A stretch of 64,000 nt of DNA, from positions 56,172,001 to 56,236,000 of the forward strand of contig OZ024742.1 of assembly GCA_964016885.1 (NCBI GenBank). Reading direction: 5' to 3'. Each line of letters begins with the position of its first letter. Positions within the stretch are counted from its first letter, which is position 1. Under the pieces are notes generated by a model that was not told the DNA's origin, did no database searches, and saw nothing but the letters and a program-made list of their open reading frames with translations. Positions 1-14,166 of this stretch are shown here, piece by piece. The position numbers and the translations under genes are program-made. This DNA is from Eledone cirrhosa. Its lineage: Eukaryota.

Positions 1-2445
1 TTTGACATAATTATGGGATCTAGTGACTCGGCGCAGGTCACTGATTTGGTGGGCCTATATCTACTAAATGAAATCCATAAGGACCTACCATACCGCAACG
101 GTGGTTTATACTGCGATGATGCACTACTTCTTATAGACTATAAACAATTTAATATAGAAAGAACTAGGAAACTATTACATAAAACTTTCAAAACCTATAA
201 CTTAAGTATCACCATAGACAAAAACACTAAGTATGTTAACTTCCTTGATGCTACCCTTTACCTAGACTCTAAAATATATACACCATTTCATAAACCTAAC
301 GAAAAACTAATTTATGTAGATACCAAGTCTAACCACCCTAGATCCATATTAAACTCAATCACTAAAGGAATATCCAATAGAATCTCTAATCTATCTTGTA
401 CCGAAACCATATTTAGCAATAATTCACAATACTATAATCAACCTTCATAGCCCTAATGCAATACCTAGCAACCAGACTTCTACATAACATAATAACCGAC
501 AAGATAACATCCAAAATAAATGTAACTATAGATCTAATAGAACCTGCCCTCTAGATAAAAACTGCTTAATCAAGGATATCATTTACTCATGCACGGTCAG
601 CACTAACAACTCTTCTGAAACCTATATAGGCTCTACTTCGAACTGCTTCAAAACGAGATACAACTCGCATCTCCATTCTTTCAAAAAACACAATCTAGCC
701 AACTCCACTTCACTATCTAGCTACATACACAATCTGAAAACTAGGAATAGAACATATACACTTCAATGGGAAGTGGTAGGTAGGGCTACATCGTATAAAC
801 CACCTAATAAATTCTGTAACCTCTGTCTACTAGAGACCCATACTATAATCTTTTCGAATCTTAACCTCCTTAATAAAAAATCGGAGTGTTTGCATCGTGC
901 CAACACCGCTTCCGACACTCTTTCCAAAGCTTTAAACCTAGTGTTAAGCAATGTCAGATTTGAATTCATCACCACTTATAGCACTTCACTTCAAGGTTTT
1001 GGCTTCCACCACTAGACCACACTCTCTGATCCGCCCTTTCCTCTACACAAATCATTCTATCTATAACTTTATACCCTAGAAATATCCTTATAATCACTAC
1101 CTTTTAATATAATTACTTTAGATTACTTATAATTGTATAATGATTGAAATATAATACAGTTTATATAAACTTTAAATATTAGATACAACAATGAATTATA
1201 TATGCATTTGTAATTAATGTATAAATTAATAACATTGGGTATATATATATAGGATTAATTTATTAACATAAGGGATTTGTCTAACTTATATGTAATATGT
1301 CACAATGAATTATATATGAATTATATATGCCTTTATAACTAAATGGATAGATTCATAACATTGTATATGGGGGATAAATTTGTTTACTCAAGAGATGTAT
1401 CTAATTTATCATGCAAATAGCTGTACGCTGTTCCATAGCTTACTAAGGGTTAGGTAGACAAAAATCTAATTGAATCTTTAATATGTTTTGAGAGTAGACT
1501 GTATTTAAGGTTAAATTGATATAAAGATATAGCATTTTGGGTGGGAAATTCAATTATAGCACTATATAATAATGAGTAAACAACTTCCTATTGAAACCTT
1601 TAATACATTATGAGAGAGTAGACTGTATTTAAAATTAAATATAAATATATAACCTTTTATATAAGGGACTCAATTGAGCACAATATAATGTATGTTAGAT
1701 CAATGAATTTAGTTATGAGAATCAGCTAGTTACCCCCTCTTACGCATTAGCTCCCCTTAATTACATACCTACTTCCGGATATTAAACCGCTGTAAATCCT
1801 CGCAGCCGAAAGAACCTAGTATATAAATATGGATTAAATAACACTGAGTTTCAATACGTTACAATCCTTTACTACAACAAACATTCAATACAAATACATC
1901 TTAACATATGTGATGGATGTGAAAACTATAACTTCCTTTCTCTGGATGTGAAAATGGTGGTGGATGTGAAAACTATAACTTTCTTTTTCTGCACACATAC
2001 TAATTTGATCTATACAGAAAATACCCTCGCACTGCAACCACCATAATACTCTAGCATATCCGCTTAAAATGCTTGTATTACATGTAATACCTTCCCACAC
2101 AATACTCATATATAAATGACACATTTGGTTGCTCCATACATGACTATCGCATACACTATCTATTTGATCTGATTATTAGACTATTCTCTTGCATTATCTG
2201 TGTTATATGTCGCATGTATTTTAATCTTGTTTTTAAATTTTGATTTCAATTGGAATTACTGTACAAATATAGTATAGTATAATATATGTCGCATCAACAC
2301 CACACTGTATCTGTATGTCTCTTGCGTTGGGTAGGAGGTCAATTATATGTACAAACTTTAAAAATGCTCCGAAGACACCAAATCTAGGTTTGGAAGAAAC
2401 AATTGTCAGCGAATAAATGTTTTGAACATAGCTTTGATTCTTGTG

Positions 2446-2448
<3 letters not shown>
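1..2448 (+). mobile_element. Penelope-like element (Naiad-like), cut at the window edge and frameshifted: RT C-half, GIY-YIG endonuclease, long AT-rich 3' UTR, pLTR ending in (TA)n
   Basis: ORF 13-450 has MGSSDSAQVTDLVG, GGLYCDD, VNFLD, HKPNE and SNHP; downstream frames give CNYRSNRTCPL, IIYSC..YIGST and CNLCLLE; HHR-like motif at 2366-2410 followed by AATAAA. Confidence 0.88.
2366..2410 (+). ncRNA. Degenerate type I hammerhead ribozyme in pLTR (U4>C)
   Basis: gct-CCGAAGA-caccaaa/tttggaa-GAAAC-AATT-GTC-agc, then AATAAA at 2412. Confidence 0.6.
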
Positions 2449-2492
<44 letters not shown>

Positions 2493-2495
<3 letters not shown>

Positions 2496-4996
2496 AATTA
2501 CCGAGCTTAAGGAATCTACAGGAATACTCGTCCATGCCGACAAAACCAACAACCTTTACAGCATGGACGTTCAACTTTACCATGAGCTAATCCTCAGGGA
2601 ATTGAGAAAAAGCTACAAAAAACGCCCGAGGCTACCCTGGAAGATATAAAATCAAGGCTTATGAGATCGTATCTGGTCTTGGTATAGATGATAGGACGGC
2701 CCCATAACAACCAAGGGAGTCGAGGATTACCCTTAAGGACCACAAACCAAACTTCGAGTCTAACCTGCCGGTCAAACATGGGGGTTATTAGCAAAAGCAT
2801 TTTAGATAGGATGCTGTCCACACTTAAGAGTAAAATAAGGTTACAACTCTGGTCCTGCACCAGCCAGGTGCTGGACTGGTTTACATTTTTACTTGACAAA
2901 CATAGGACTAGCTTCATACAACTAGACATCAACAATTACTACTCCTCTATCTCGCCCATAGTCCTAAACAAGGCACTCATATGCGCGATGAATAGGACAG
3001 ACCTAACACGCGACGAAGTCCGAATCCTACACGCTGCCAGAAAGACCCTGATCCGATTCGGTGGGGACATATGGACCCGGGGCGACTGGCCAAATAATTT
3101 TGACATTACAATGGACTCCAGTGACTCCGCGCAGCTAACGGACTTGGTTGGGATATAATACTCTACGAGATCAGGAGAGAAATACCCAACCTGGGTGGCG
3201 CGCTGTACCGAGACGACGCACTCTTCACCGTAGTGGACCACAGCACCACATTGGTCGAAAATATGAAGAGGAGAATTAGGCACTTCTTTAGCAAGGTAGG
3301 ACTTAAAGTAGAGATGGAACCCAATAGAAAAGTAGTGAATTTCCTGGACACCACCCTCAATCTCAACACCAAGCTACACCACCCAAATCATAAACCCAAT
3401 GAGAAGCTGATGTATATCAACGCTGGGTCCAATCACCCTAGATCTATAGTTAAGGCCGAAGTTAAGAGTGTCTCTGACAGGATCTCTAACTTGTCGGCCA
3501 ATAAAGAGATCTTCAATAGTAACGCTGATTACTATAACTCAGCGCTAGCCAAGGCGTCCCACAGCCATAGGATCAGCTACAAACCTGAGGGACATGATCG
3601 AGATGACCCAAGGGTACACCGGACCAATACCCTCAGGGGCATGAGTCGCCCACCTAATACCTCGGTGACCAGTAGTAACACTCCCAGACCCCTATCCGTC
3701 ACCACCCCCGGTTGAAGGTCTCGCATACCCCACCGGTCTAATAATTACAACGCTGAAGACCACTGTGCTGCGGAGCATAGGCACCTCTGCACCGGCCACA
3801 CCACCCGCCGAACCCTAATTGAGCAGGGAGGCCGCACCTCGCAGGTTTATAACCCCACGGTGGGCCCATATAACCCTCATGAGAGTGACTGCTCCGCACA
3901 CCTGAGTGACACCAACGGAACTCGACCTGAGCTGTGCACAACCACGCGATGGACCACGGCGGACACCCAACAACCCCGCAAGAATAGGACCAGGAAGGTC
4001 ACACGGTATAACCCTCCGTACTCGGTGGGTCTACGTACCAGCTTGGCTAGAACATTCTTTAGAGTACTGGATAAATGTTTCCCTAGGGCCCACAAGTACC
4101 ATAAAATATTCAACAGGCACACGGTGAGACTTTCCTACTCAACCACACGCGCGGTAGCCCAGCACATAGCTGGCATGAATAGGAATAGGCTCACTGCCTC
4201 TAATACCACCTTAAACCCCGGAGCCACCCAACAGAACCAGCACGCGAGACGCACCGGAACCCAGACAGGGCCAACCAGCACACCGGAACCCAACGACCCT
4301 GTGCTGATTGCCGAGGCTACCCAGCCAACCCCGAGTGATGTAAACATGCGGTACATGTGGTGGGGCTTAAGAAGTCACGTAATTGCAGAGACCCATCACT
4401 ATGCCCCCTTAGTAATGAATGCATGACGAAAAACGTAGTCTACAGCTGCAAGGTCACAACCCCTAACTCGGAGCACCACTACATAGGATCCACAGCGACG
4501 AGCTTCAAAGATCGGTGGTATAACCATCGCCATTCCTTTAACAGAATAGATGAGAGGAAATGTACGGCCCTTTCTGAATTGATCTGAAAGCTCAAACTTG
4601 AAAAGACCCCGTACTCTCTGGTCTGGTCCGTGGTTAGAAAGGTTCCCCCAGACAGAGGCGGGTCCGGTATTTGCAACCTCTGTCTTAGTGAGACACTCGA
4701 GATTCTTCATCGCGGAACCAAGCTATTAAACTGAAGGGCCGACTTATTCGGTGCCTGCAGACACCTAAGGACGGGAACTTTCCTCAAGCTCTATGGATAA
4801 ACCCCGGTTAAGGCCTCAAACAACTCCCCCTCCTCCTCCCCCTCCCACCCCCACCCTACCCCTGTAGGTCCACTACACCCCGTACCAATGACTAATGGAC
4901 AACAACAACAACCCATAGTTTGTGGTCCCTATGGTGGATGGTCCACCGGATCCTTTACTGGTTAGGAGTCATCAAAACCACGTTTTATTGAACCTG

Positions 4997-5027
<31 letters not shown>

Positions 5028-5927
5028 CATATGTATATATATATATATATATATATTTTATATGTGTGTATTTTATGTATGTGTATGTATATATATATGT
5101 ATGTATTTTATATATATATATATATATATAGTTTATGTATATGTATGTTTTATATATATGTATATTTTATATATATATATGTATACTTGTTCGTACATAT
5201 ATGTATATACATACCTGTATGGGTTTGTGTGTGTAGATGTGTGTGTCTGAGGGGTAGGTGTGAGTGTATGTACAAGTCAACCAACATAAGCCTTTTATTT
5301 CTAAATTTTCTAAACTATCTAAGTATTGGACTCTAACCATTATTTTAAGTATTACCACCCCACATTAATTCCTCAATTTGTATGTGTGGATGTGTGTGTG
5401 TGTCTGTGGAGGTGGGTGTGAGTGTACGTGCAAGCCAACCTACATAAGTCTTTTTATTTGTAAATTTTCTACTCTAACCATAATTTTCAGTAGTACCACT
5501 CCACATAAATTCCTCAATTTAAGAATGACCTGTAGTATCTATTTTATACTATTAACCTTAATTGAATATATATCTGACCAGGAATGCTTTTTGTGAAATT
5601 CAGTCAGATGGAACTATTGTCATCTTGCCTGATGGTTTGAACTTTACAACACCATCTGCCTCTTTGAGGTCAAATACCAACCCTACTAGCAGCTACAAAC
5701 TGACCAATGAGAATTAAGACTATTCCTGCTGACAACATTAAATTATTCCTAACAAGCTCATATGTCCCAAGGCTCTGATACCATCAACACTATAAACACA
5801 GAGCTGGCATATCTAAGAACTGACTAACTGCCTGATGAGGTCATAGCCATTCAATGGCTATGATCGAAATATATATAAGAGTAAATAAAGGATTATGAGT
5901 TCATGCAATTGACTTATGTTTCGTCAC
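2493..5927 (+). mobile_element. Penelope-like element (Naiad-like), GC-richer family, disrupted ORF, with 3' pLTR
   Basis: Fragments HADKTNNLY, FIQLDINNYY, FDITMDSSDSAQ, VNFLDTT, YNPPYS, HKIFNRHTVRLSYS, NCRDPSLCPL and NVVYSC..YIGST..FKDRWYNH; starts directly after a (TA)n tract; HHR at 5827. Confidence 0.9.
5827..5882 (+). ncRNA. Type I hammerhead ribozyme with weak stem I
   Basis: CTGATGA 5832-5838; long stem II ggtcatagccatt/aatggctatgatc; GAAA-TATATA-TA; AATAAA just downstream. Confidence 0.7.
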
Positions 5928-6637
5928 TATTGTTTTTGTTTATGCCACGAAACTACGTAGTCGAGGAATTTAGGAGCAGTTTAGGTATGATACATTTTAT
6001 TACTAATTATATCTAAATGTTTCTTCTCTCTTCATAATGTATTTTTAACTCTGATACTGGTTCAGTCTGGTTCAACTGAATTGGTCTGTCCCGGTTATTC
6101 ATTGAGCAACATCGGTGAAGTTGGCACCCTTAACTCACAGTTGGGTGCGGATGCATTCATGTATATATGTGTGTGTCCGCATGTATCTGTGTGTTTCTAA
6201 ATATATTGTTAATAACTCCCTCTGGTCGAGCAATCTTTGAGGTGTGGGGACAACTGGAAAGCTTCCATTACTCATACTTCTAGCCTTCTTCACCACCTCT
6301 TCTGCGGCCTCGATATGAATACCCCCTCCGCCTCTGTGGTATTTTCTTCGTGGTTATAAGAGGCTTAGCTCTGTTTCTCGACCGTTATATCGCGTGACTA
6401 TCTCCCCCTCCGCCTTTTGGGATTCTTTCTCACGTCGTGTAGACGCGTTCTTGAGACTAGTAAAATGAGGTATCCTCTTGATACGTCGGCAGACCTCGCA
6501 GGGACTCTATATCTTTATGATATATTGTTTTTGTTTATGCCACGAAACTACGTAGTCGAGGAATTTAGGAGCAGTTTAGGTATGATACATTTTATTACTA
6601 ATTATATCTAAATGTTTCTTCTCTCTTCATAATGTAT
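5928..6637 (+). repeat. 115-bp direct repeats (5928-6042 and 6523-6637), pLTR-like partial tandem carrying an HHR 3' half
   Basis: Identical ttgtttttgtttatgccacGAAACTACGTAGTCgagga...cataatgtat blocks 595 bp apart. Confidence 0.8.
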
Positions 6638-7319
6638 ATAAACATATATATATATAATTTGCTTTCGCTCTAACATAGCGGATACGTAAATGCATTCGTG
6701 AGTGAACAATGATAATATTATAATTATATTATTATTAATACATACATACATGCATAAATACGTACATACATGCATATACACACATACATATACTTGTGTC
6801 AAATATATCAATAATACAATACTAAGTCTAGAATTCACAACTTCTTTAATTACGCAGTTGGCTATAGTACGTATTTCTGTGGTAACATGGTTACGTCACG
6901 ATACGATGACGCAATGTATGACATGAAGTTTTGAAGGTGGCCCTTTAGGTAATAGATTTGCAACCTTTGAATTATGACTTACATATATATATGCTGGACA
7001 CCCTCAATATAATAACTGAATATAATTTAACACATCGTTTAATTCTTATAATTATATATTCTCTATTAATTGTTATCAATTTTGATCAGTTCTTGAGGAT
7101 ATTTACTACTAATTGCAGCTTTATAGGCCTAGTTATATGTTTTTATATAGATATTTTCTCATTATACTCAAAGGTACCTTATTTTATTTATTTTATTTTT
7201 TATTTTATTCTCTCTACATTCTATCTGTTCATATATTTACTTACATGTGCATTCTTATTTGTGGATGTATACATATCGCACGATTGCTGTACTGTGGGTA
7301 ATAATTATTATTTATCATT

Positions 7320-7704
7320 ATTGGCAGTATTGGTAGAGGGTCGGACGCCATGGTTTGACGTATCGAGTTACGGCCCTTTCTATTCCGAGTTCAAATCCCG
7401 CTGAGGTTAACTTTGCCTTTCATCCTTACGGGGTCGATAAAATAAAGTACCAGTAATGTACTGAGATATTTGCTGGCCTTGTGCCAAAAGGTAGAAACAA
7501 TTATTAATATTATTAGGGGCGGTGAATTGGCAGTATCAGTAGGGAGTCGGACGCCATGCTTTCCAGCATAGTTACGTCTCTTTACGGTCTGAGTTCAAAT
7601 CCCGCCGAGGTTATGTTATATTTCATCCTTACGGGGTCGATAAAATAAAGTACCAGTAATGTACTGGGTAATTGCTAGCCTTGTATCAAAAGTAGAAACA
7701 ATTA
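7320..7704 (+). mobile_element. Two tandem copies of a tRNA-derived SINE (about 190 bp)
   Basis: A-box-like TGGCAGTATYRG, B-box GTTCAAATCC and a conserved body tttgcctttcatccttacggggtcgataaaataaagtaccag; the family recurs more than 10 times in the window. Confidence 0.85.
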
Positions 7705-7789
7705 TTAATATTATTATTTCCCTTTTGCATTATGGTTTTCACCAGGGAGACGTAAACAAACTGACTGTTAAGTCTGGGGACCTCAGACA

Positions 7790-8500
7790 GCCAGTACCTA
7801 TCGCAGGATATAGGCTGAGCTAAGAAGAGCTAATTTTTGCAGACAGGAAATGTTAGGTTTTATTCTAAGTTCTTCTAAATGTTTCTCTAATTTCTTTGGT
7901 ATCAATCGCAGTGCACCAATAACAACAGGAATCACCTTTGCTGACACATTCCACAACTTAGCTGATTCTAATCTCAACTCTGGAAAGTTCCTTATCTTTT
8001 CCCATACTTTCTCTTCAATTTTCTGATCCCAAGGGATTGCGACGTCAATTATCCAATACTTTTTCAATCACGACAATTTCATGTCTCGGGTGTTTAATAA
8101 CTGTCAGTTTGCTTCGTCATTCTCGATTACATTCCCCGTTTCATAGAGATACCATTTCTCCTCTACTTTGAATCCAGATTTCTGACAAAGTACCCAATGC
8201 AAATGCAAGCATAACTTTTGGCGTCTTATAATCATTTTGCGCAAGCAAACTACAGCCACTTACAATGTGTGTTACATTCTCCACTTTTTATCCACTCAAA
8301 CTACATCGGTCGTCATCGTTTTGTCTATGCAATTTCTTCATTAAGTTTGTGCTTTAGGGCTTGGTCATGAGCGGCTGAAAGCAAACCCTCCGTCTATCTC
8401 TTCATATCTCCCCCTCTCAACTAATGCCATAATCTTTCAGTTTTCTGGTGTCTAGTCTGTTCTTTGAATTGGCTGCGCTTTTCTTTCTCAATTCTTCTAG
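7790..8500 (-). mobile_element. Non-LTR retrotransposon 3' fragment with RLE endonuclease (R4/Dong-like)
   Basis: ORF IIDVAIPWD...KLWNV..VIPVVIGAL..LQKLALLSSAYILR; upstream ENVTHIVSGC zinc-knuckle remnant. Confidence 0.75.
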
Positions 8501-8569
8501 GCCTCTTTGCTTTTCATGTTTTATTTTACTAATCTCTTTGTCTTGGTAACATATTTGAGTAGTATCTCG

Positions 8570-10190
8570 TTGCTGCAAACGCTAATGCCACGATGGAAAT
8601 CTCCAGCAATACCGATAGCGGCAGCCCCACCAACAGCAGCATGACCAGTCGAACTACCACCACCACAAACCAGGGGGAAAACGAGGAAAACTCTCCCATT
8701 CCCCATCTCCCTAAAAATACACACATTGACACAGAACACAAACAGACACGCAGCCACTGAAACACTTACTAACACAGATACTTCATCTACCACTAGCGAA
8801 GGCGAGGAACAACCAAAGAAAGCAAAAATACAAAAACGATAACACAAGAAAAAGAAAAAGAAAACCGAAATCATCCCACCCACACAGACATCACACTCGC
8901 AACAAACACTGCCACAACAAAGCCAATGCCGCCATCATTACCACCACCACCTCAATCCTCTAAATGCAAACAACCACAACAAACACAAAAACAAACCAAG
9001 ACTCACAATTTCGTACTAGTAAGAAGGATCAACAATGATTTGATGGCCCTGATAGCACGAAGGCTAGAAATAGAAAAAGAGGGGAAGATTTTGGGAGCGA
9101 TCTCATTTTGCGTGCCTGAAAATTTACTGCTAGTACGAATGTGGCTCGACTCCTACAAAAGGGTTAGAGGGAGCTTTTATCGTCACGTGAGAACACCGAA
9201 TATGAAACCCACTTCAAGACTGTTAAGAGGGTTCCCAAAGGAAATGCCATCAACCATCGAGAGCGAACCAACCGACATCCACAAATCCCCGGGAGGTAAG
9301 TAAACCTTTCCTCTCCTTTCTTTAGCCTGCCAACATGACAATCTTAAGAGTAGGATGGTTGAATGTGCGTGGCCTGGGATCGTTCTGGAAGCCAGGTCAC
9401 CTGTTCAACGACCTCCGGTCGCTAGATATGGATGTGATTTCCGTCAGCGAGACCAGGATTTCCGACATGCGCCCACTAGCCCCTATTTTTGATGACTATC
9501 TATCAAATCTTCGCACCTCTTAATCGACCGGGAATGGGAGGTGGGTGGCAGTGCTTTTTAGGAAAGGCATGGATCTCCAGGTAAGGTGAATCTCCAGGGA
9601 CACGGACGGTAAGCTAGTGGTCCTAGACGTGAACAGTAGCGAAAGTGGTGCCTTTAGACTGGTTGCCGTCTACGCTCCGACCGGGGCTGGACAGCCGGAT
9701 TTTTTAGGCGCCTGGAAGACTTTCTGGGAACGGTTCACCCATTACTGTTAGCAGGGGACTGGAAGGGCTTCTTAGACGCACGCTGAGATTGTGTGGGTGT
9801 AGATGATAGGAGCGAGGGGTGCAAAAGTCTCAAGTACCTGATCAACCAGTTCCAACTGTCTGACAGGCACCGATTAGATTTACCTAATGAGCCAGTGTGG
9901 ACCTGGACCAACCGCATAGAGTCATCTATATATTGTATAGAGAGTGTTTCTTTTATTAAATCTCTGGATAAGAATAGTATAGGCTGTCAATACTTACAAC
10001 CGGTCGCCTATTAAGATCACAATGTTGTGATCTGTATGGTCGACCTAGATAAGGCACGTAGGTTAGGACCTGGTTACTAAAAGCTGAGCATGTCGTTTCC
10101 GGCATGTAAGGCTTACAGGGACCGGGTCAACAATTTAGTTAAGCAACAGTTGACAGTGGGGCTCGTTAACAACAGTTGGTGGGTGGGGGG
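8570..10190 (+). mobile_element. Decayed Tx1/L1-clade LINE 5' part: ORF1 remnant and AP endonuclease
   Basis: WLNVRGL, DVISVSETR, LVVLDV, LVAVYAP, LLAGDW, WTWTN, DH and GPGY*KL motifs of an APE domain, with stops and frameshifts. Confidence 0.8.
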
Positions 10191-10699
10191 TCTCTGATAT
10201 GGAAACAGGCCTTTTCAAGGACAGCATTAAAAGCAGGCCTATCGATACATTACAGTTGCTTACAAACGGATTATTTAAAGGGCCATCTGACGACGTTGTA
10301 TCGTTGATTTCGTCATGGTATCATGATGTAAACCTTTCAACACAGAAAAACGTACCATGTCTAATTGCGTAATCAAATTAGTCATGAAATCTATCCTTAC
10401 TGCTTTGTATGTATGTATGTTCTGGTTTTATAATTTCACCAATTTTTGCCAATAGAGAGAGAGCCGGTTTCTCATATAGATGCAAGATTCTCTCATTGGA
10501 ATTTACACAACATCAACTAGGTAGATATGTATGCATGTCTGTATGCATGTGTAGGTATGGATGTTAATGTATGTGTGGATGTGGATGTTTTGAGTTATAT
10601 GTGTGCATGTATCTGTACATCTGTATCTAGATTTGAATCTGTACATTTGTATCTGTACATCTGTATATGCAGTTATTAGATGCAACATTTTTGGAATGT

Positions 10700-11560
10700 T
10701 TTACATATTTTTACTGTTCCATTAATGGATTGTACTTGTAATTACCTAACTAGTTGTGTTCTTTCTGTTCCTGTGAAGCCCAGCTTTTCACTATTTGTAT
10801 TGAGGCAGCTACTAACATATCCCAGTGCCCCAATAATCACAGGCAAAAATCTGAAGGTATAATCAGGGTGGACTATCGTATCTGCAGATTTCTCATTAGT
10901 TCTGCACAAATATTCTCCTTTTCGCCAATCTTTGATATTATATTGGCATATGCTGGGCAGCTAACTTCCACTACCGTGCATGCCTTTTTTCCCTGTCCCA
11001 TATCTTTGTATCTGATCTGTTATGCCTGCATTTTATTGGGGTTTTTACTGGATCATTCCACCAGTACCCTTTCATATTATGTATATGTATGTCTTCCACA
11101 TTGCTGTAGCTTTTAATGTGTTTATTATCGGGGCTATCTTTTCTACGGATTGCATCGTACAGTGTTTTGGCCACGACATCATGCCTCATAGGTAGATAGT
11201 ACCGCGATGATATCTCTGGACAGCTGCTTATGACATGGGTGACATCTTCGATGTTAATTCTGCAGAGTCTGCATTTGTTGTCACATCTATCACTTTTGTG
11301 AATCAGGCATTTCGTGTTGATTCCCTGTTGCAAAAAGCGTATCCTTCAAAGTGATGGGCAATATAGCGGTTGTTGGTCCAAGATAGACTATTTTCTTTAT
11401 TTTCACTCTGGAGATCCCTGGCAACATATCCATGCATGATTTTTTGCTGGTAAGCATGCAGTTTTTCATTCACAGATTCACCGCGATACTGCTGAGCGAC
11501 TTCTCTGGGTGTGAGTTTTTGATTATCACACAGGGAAGATACCATTATTACATTGACCAA
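10700..11560 (-). mobile_element. Non-LTR retrotransposon fragment (CCHC zinc knuckle and RLE region)
   Basis: KCRLCRINIEDVTHVISSC, RHDVVAK, WWN..HNRSD and VVEVSCP. Confidence 0.75.
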
Positions 11561-11979
11561 CTTTCACCTCCTTCTACTGGCCCGAAAACTTCCTCTCCTC
11601 TATCTCTAGCTAACCATCACCAGTGTAAAATAGCCCATGCTTGCTGTAACCCGAATAAAAAACACCCCATGAACAAAAGCATTGTTTACATTTTCGACAC
11701 ATGTTTGACAACAATGCGTTAAAATATTATTACATAATGATATTTAATACCTTCGAAATGTATACAATGGGTGTGCTTTTAAGACAATCAACTGACGTCC
11801 AACATACAAAACAGTATCGTCTTCTTATTTAATATTGAGGAGCTGTATGATGCCATATAATTTATATATAGATATCCATGACGTGGAGCGCTTATGCATC
11901 ATTTTAGCACAGTTTTGTGGTTACTTAGATCAACCAACATAGATTATTGAATTGAATTATATATATATATCTATATACA

Positions 11980-12355
11980 AAGATAATAATAAATGGAAAC
12001 TATATTTATAAAACCATATTTATTTTATTATATATATTTCAAGGGGGACCAATCAAATCTTGGTGCGCTTTCATCATATAAAATACAAAATTTGTTTTAT
12101 AAATAATGACATACCCATGGAAATCACACCTTAACGGTCCGAAGATTCGCTGGATAGTAATCTGGTAATGTCTTTCACTATCCAGCGAATCTTCGGACCG
12201 TTAAGGTGTGATTTCCATGGGTATGTCATTATTTATAGAACAAATTTTGTATTTTATCTGATGAAAGCGCACCAAGATTTTCTTGGTCGCCCTTGAAATA
12301 TATATAATAAAATAAATATGGTTTTATAAATATAGTTTCCATTTATTATTATCTT
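11980..12355. mobile_element. Fold-back (inverted pLTR) element with 179-bp arms and an 18-nt spacer
   Basis: 11980-12158 is the near-perfect reverse complement of 12177-12355; short TA runs on both sides. Confidence 0.92.
12251..12313 (+). ncRNA. Type I minimal hammerhead ribozyme
   Basis: attttat-CTGATGA-aagcgcaccaag/cttggtcgccctt-GAAA-TATATA-TA-ataaaat; the mirror copy in the left arm has C3>A. Confidence 0.85.
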
Positions 12356-14166
12356 GGAATATTTACTCCAGTAACTTGTTGAGTGCTCTATATTAGTTAT
12401 AAACATTTATGTGTGTCGGAATTCCAACAAATTAAATACAACTCCTACATATATCTATATAAATATATATATATATATATCTGTTAGACACGAAGTGACT
12501 AACAACAGAATGTTTTAGTCACTTTTGTGTTCTAACATATATGTGTAGATCGTCAAGGTCTGACGGTGGCCGTGGTGATTACATGCCATTGGCTAATTTT
12601 CAACCAATCAGAGTAAGTGTTGCTCAAAATCCTCCGCCATGTTTTTTTGTTTGTTTTTCTAGTTCATTTATTTTTGTTATTTCGTCGTTATATGATTTTT
12701 TAAAATTTATATGAACTATTTTTAAAACAAATGTAATATATTGACGTTAGGGTTAGGGTTAGGCGGTAAATAGATAAGATGAAAGTCTATCGTAAAAGTT
12801 TGTACAAATATTTTTAAATTTATCGTTTGTACAAAACGATTCTAAATTTGTGTTTGTAAAAAATGTTTAAACACTTCAAAATAGCGTATATTCATGTTCT
12901 GTAATGTCCCATTTTTGTGCGACCTTGTGCCAAATAAAGAAATATATCATTGTATCTTTTCCTCTTTATATATTGCAATCGAGTATAGGCAGAGTTGTAA
13001 TACAAACTGCACTTTGTTTGTAAATATTTGTAAAAATAATTTTTCTAAAAACATTGTAAAAATTTGATTTGTGTCACACGCGTTTAAAAATCTTTGATAT
13101 GTATATATATATATATAAAACTGAGGTTGTCTGTCTGTCTCTCTACTAAAACGGTCGCCACACATCTAAACTTATAGATTTAGCTCCAGTGGAGAGATCG
13201 GTCAAAAAAAATTTCAAATCGAATGTGTAATATTGATGTTTCAGTTAAAATGTATAAATACAGTTGAGAGACGAGTTATTTACCTTTAATGCAACGTGAG
13301 CAGACGATAAATTATTGAAAAGGCGCAAATTTTCACTATTACACATTTGCATTATTGTCAGTATTAACTTTGCCTTTCATCCTTACGGGGTCGATAAAAT
13401 AAAGTACCAGTAATACACTGTCACTATAAGTAGATGCTCATTCACAAACACTATTGAAAATATGTTCTTCGACAAATAAAAATGTTTTGTTCATACTATT
13501 TCGACTAGCGCTTGTTGTTCTACTCCACGCACGACCACCACAAATTTGGTGACCAGCTCAACACAAGTATGGACTGCGGTAATGGCTTTGTGCCGAAAAA
13601 TAGAAACACTATTAATGTGCAATAAGAGCAAAATCTCACGACATTGCTCAATTATTTTATCTAATGTTGCAACAATACAGGGAAATGTAGTTTGTGTATT
13701 TTTTAAAATATTTGCTCATAGGCTTTTCCAATTTCGCTCAGCTAACAACTATTAAAAAGAGAATTGCTTAAGATAACAATTTTATCACAAATTGTTGTTA
13801 TCTTTTAATACACTCCAAAAAGTCATCAAATTTTGTGCAATAAGAACAAATCTCATTAATTTGCTCAGGGAATAAAGAAAATGTATATAGACTGATAATT
13901 GCAATTGTATGTAAATATTTTATTTTTATGTTGTTTATTTATTTTATGTTTTCTATTATGTATAATAAATTGATTTAATATTGATTGTTTTTTGTTGTTG
14001 TTTATATTAAAAGTCCGAAAATATTTTTATACATCTTACACTAATATTTATAAGATCATTTATAATAACAATTATATAATCTAATTACATTACAACGATA
14101 ATTTATTATTAATATATATCATGTTTAACTAGAGTTATTACAAGCGTTGCCTTAAAAAAATATTAA

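Noticed and set aside
10284-10360. Possible hammerhead cat-CTGACGA...GAAA-AACGTA-CC-atg
   Set aside because: Needs two changes at stem III and the cleavage site, and stem II is weak.
12746-12763. (TTAGGG)x3 telomere-like run
   Set aside because: Too short; likely part of a dispersed repeat.
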